NCBI GenBank assembly: GCA_977017575.1
Contig: CDRNVI010000076.1
Span: forward strand, 45,618 to 109,617
Source of the DNA: Paramoeba atlantica
Taxonomy: Eukaryota; Protista; Discosea
Direction: 5' to 3'
DNA: 64,000 nt
Made by a program: the position numbers and the translations under genes. The notes beneath the pieces are model-generated. The model saw only the letters and a program-made list of their open reading frames with translations. It was not told the origin of the DNA and ran no database searches. Below, in pieces: positions 61,993 through 64,000 of the stretch (position 1 is the stretch's first letter; each line of letters opens with the position of its first letter).

Positions 61993-63013
61993 TGGTGTCC
62001 GGGTGATAGCCAGGCACGATCCAAAATTTACTGCTTTTAGCCGCGTGCTCCAGGCTATGAAATCATAGCTTTTGCCGCACTGCACACTTTTTAGGCTGTG
62101 CGCACTACGGACGGCACATCGGCCAAGCATCCAATGATCATTTGTTAGTGTGTATGGGTATTTACCCTAGTTTCCTAGTGTTTCGTTGTGTTAACACTGG
62201 GTAACTCCATACGCGGGAAAGAATCTGTCCTACTTTTTTAGCACCTTGATTTATTGGTGACGGGCAGACTCTTTCCGCGGCATTCCTCACACCCTAGTTC
62301 TTTGGCGCCTTGTTTTGTTGCCGCCGGGTGCTGGAATTGCTATTTTTGGAGATGAAAAAGGTCCAAAAAGTTGTTCACCCACTCACTGTAATCCTGTAAG
62401 AAACCCCTTTTGTCCTACAAGTGGGGTCGTAGCGCAAGCTTCTCTCGCGAGAGACTTCCCTATGTCGGTCCTCGTACTCTTTTGAAGCGGGGCTGAGACA
62501 ACTTTCACACCGTTGGCGGTGCAGGTGGTGAAAGAGAAAAAATTAGAGATCAGCAATGAGGGGATTCACGCGGCGACGTAGGCATTGAACAAGGGTTTTC
62601 TTTCTCAAAAGTTTCTACAGAAAGTGTGTGTTTCCACTCACGCACCTCACTGGAGACACCCCATTAACTGGGTAGCGCGAGACTTGCTAACCAACGCTTA
62701 AGTGAATCTCGTGTTGCGTCAGGCTCTGCTTTGCTTGTATTCGCTAAAACTACACTGCTCCGGATTGTTAGAATTGAAGATTTTTATGCTTTGGTCTCTG
62801 CTGGAGATGGGGTAGGATTATCTCTCCCACCTGACACATCCAAAAGGATATCTAGACAACATCATCCCGTTCGGTTAATAAGAAAGGGGTGCTTAACGAA
62901 AAAGTGGTGCTTAGCAAAGAAGGGGTGGGTTGCCTGGAAAAGTAACGTACCTTCTTGGTTTCCCGAAACGATTTATTCCGTGAGATCCCGATGATTAGTC
63001 CTTCCCGAGATGG

Positions 63014-63176
63014 AAAAAGTGGCCACCTGGCCACCCCCCAAAAAAAGTGGCCACCTGGCCACCCCCCAAAAAAAGTGGCCACCTGGCCACCCCCCAAAAA
63101 AAGTGGCCACCTGGCCACCCCCCAAAAAAAGTGGCCACCTGGCCACCCCCCCAAAAAAAGTGGCCACCTGGCCACC
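63014..63176. repeat. 28/29-bp array, unit 6: 6 cores
   Basis: Cores at 63019, 63047, 63075, 63103, 63131, 63160 (28,28,28,28,29), same pattern as unit 4. Confidence 0.95.
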
Positions 63177-63437
63177 AAAAACACGGTTTGCATTTTGTAT
63201 ATATAAGATGAAAAAAATTTTGGATGGTTCGACCCGTAATTGAAAGTGAGGCGAAAGTGTCCACAAGTCGCAACGCAGCTCACTCGTATGATTGAATACA
63301 TCTTGTGGCTTCCTAGTAAGCCGATGTATGCACGATGAGGAACAGAAATACAGTCCCATTGAGATGGGTACTACATTGAACCTTGCAGTTTACTGTGAGG
63401 GAACAGATTGAGAGAGGAATCACCCTCCCTTTCAAGA

Positions 63438-64000
63438 AACCTGGTTGATTCTGCCAGTAGTCATATGCTTGTTTCAAGGATTAAGCCATGCAAGCCTAAG
63501 AGTAACTGAGACAATAGGAGGTCTGCGAACGGCTCATTATATCAGAAATGATCTACCGGGAGAATTGCAGTGAAAACTGCTTGAATGGATAACTTCGCGA
63601 AAGGCGAAGCTAATACATGTACGTCACGTGACACATTCCATTCAACCACTGCGGGGAAACCCAAGGTGGGGAATGTGGCTCGCGAATGGTTGGTACAAAG
63701 ACCGACGCCAGTAATGGCAGTGTCGTAAATTGATGAATCAAACCATTCAGCAAAAGCGCACCTTTGGTGTGCGAGTCCCGACGAATTTCTGCCCTATCAG
63801 CTTTTGACGGTAGTGTAGTGGACTACCGTGGCGATAACGGGTACGGGGAATTAGGGTTCGATTCCGGAGAGGGAGCCTGAGAAACAGCTACCACTTCTAC
63901 GGAGGGCAGCAGGCGCGTAAATTGCCCAATGCCAAATTGGTGAGGCAGCGAAGAGAAATAGCGTCCCCGCCTCTTTGAGTGTGGGGTTCGCAATGGGTGG
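63438..64000 (+). rRNA. 18S rRNA, 5' part (truncated by window end)
   Basis: AACCTGGTTGATTCTGCCAGT at 63438. Confidence 0.97.

Noticed and set aside
1-64000. Possibility that the array is an artefactual concatemer of one unit
   Set aside because: Units differ by structured, shared indels, SNPs and array alleles. Read-level validation is still needed, and an extrachromosomal origin cannot be excluded from sequence alone.

Overview
The window is a head-to-tail tandem array of eukaryotic cytosolic rDNA on the + strand. It holds about 5.9 units: the last 141 nt of one 18S, five complete 18S genes, six 5.8S and six LSU genes, six intergenic spacers (IGS), and the first 563 nt of a seventh 18S. 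Unit lengths are 10926, 10839, 10838, 10896, 10926 and 10896 bp. Diagnostic motifs (GATTCTGCCAGT at the 18S 5' end, GTGCCAGCACCCGCGG, GTAGCTGTAGGTGAACCTGCAGCTGGATCATTT) point to Euglenozoa (kinetoplastid/diplonemid type). The LSU looks contiguous (~3.77 kb) with no room for the extra trypanosomatid-type spacers, which fits a prokinetoplastid or diplonemid; this taxonomic call is inference. No protein-coding gene, tRNA, 5S gene, intron, R2-type insertion or CRISPR is supported, and the ORF track consists of shadow ORFs of rRNA and repeats. The interesting structure is in the ~4.6-kb IGS: (i) an exact 112-bp second copy of the LSU 3' tail plus decayed copies; (ii) a nested inverted-repeat module enclosing a GC-rich double hairpin with GUGA tetraloops and a spliced-leader-like 16-mer; (iii) a 41-bp array built on the palindrome ATGAGTACTCAT; (iv) two arrays sharing a GTGGCCACCTGGCCACC core, of which only the 18S-proximal one varies between units; (v) a deletion and a duplication in different units that share one breakpoint. 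I found no clearly new protein-based system. rRNA ends are estimated by eye (about +/-5-10 nt). Unit-to-unit differences come from visual comparison and ORF-track offsets, so rare SNPs may have been missed.
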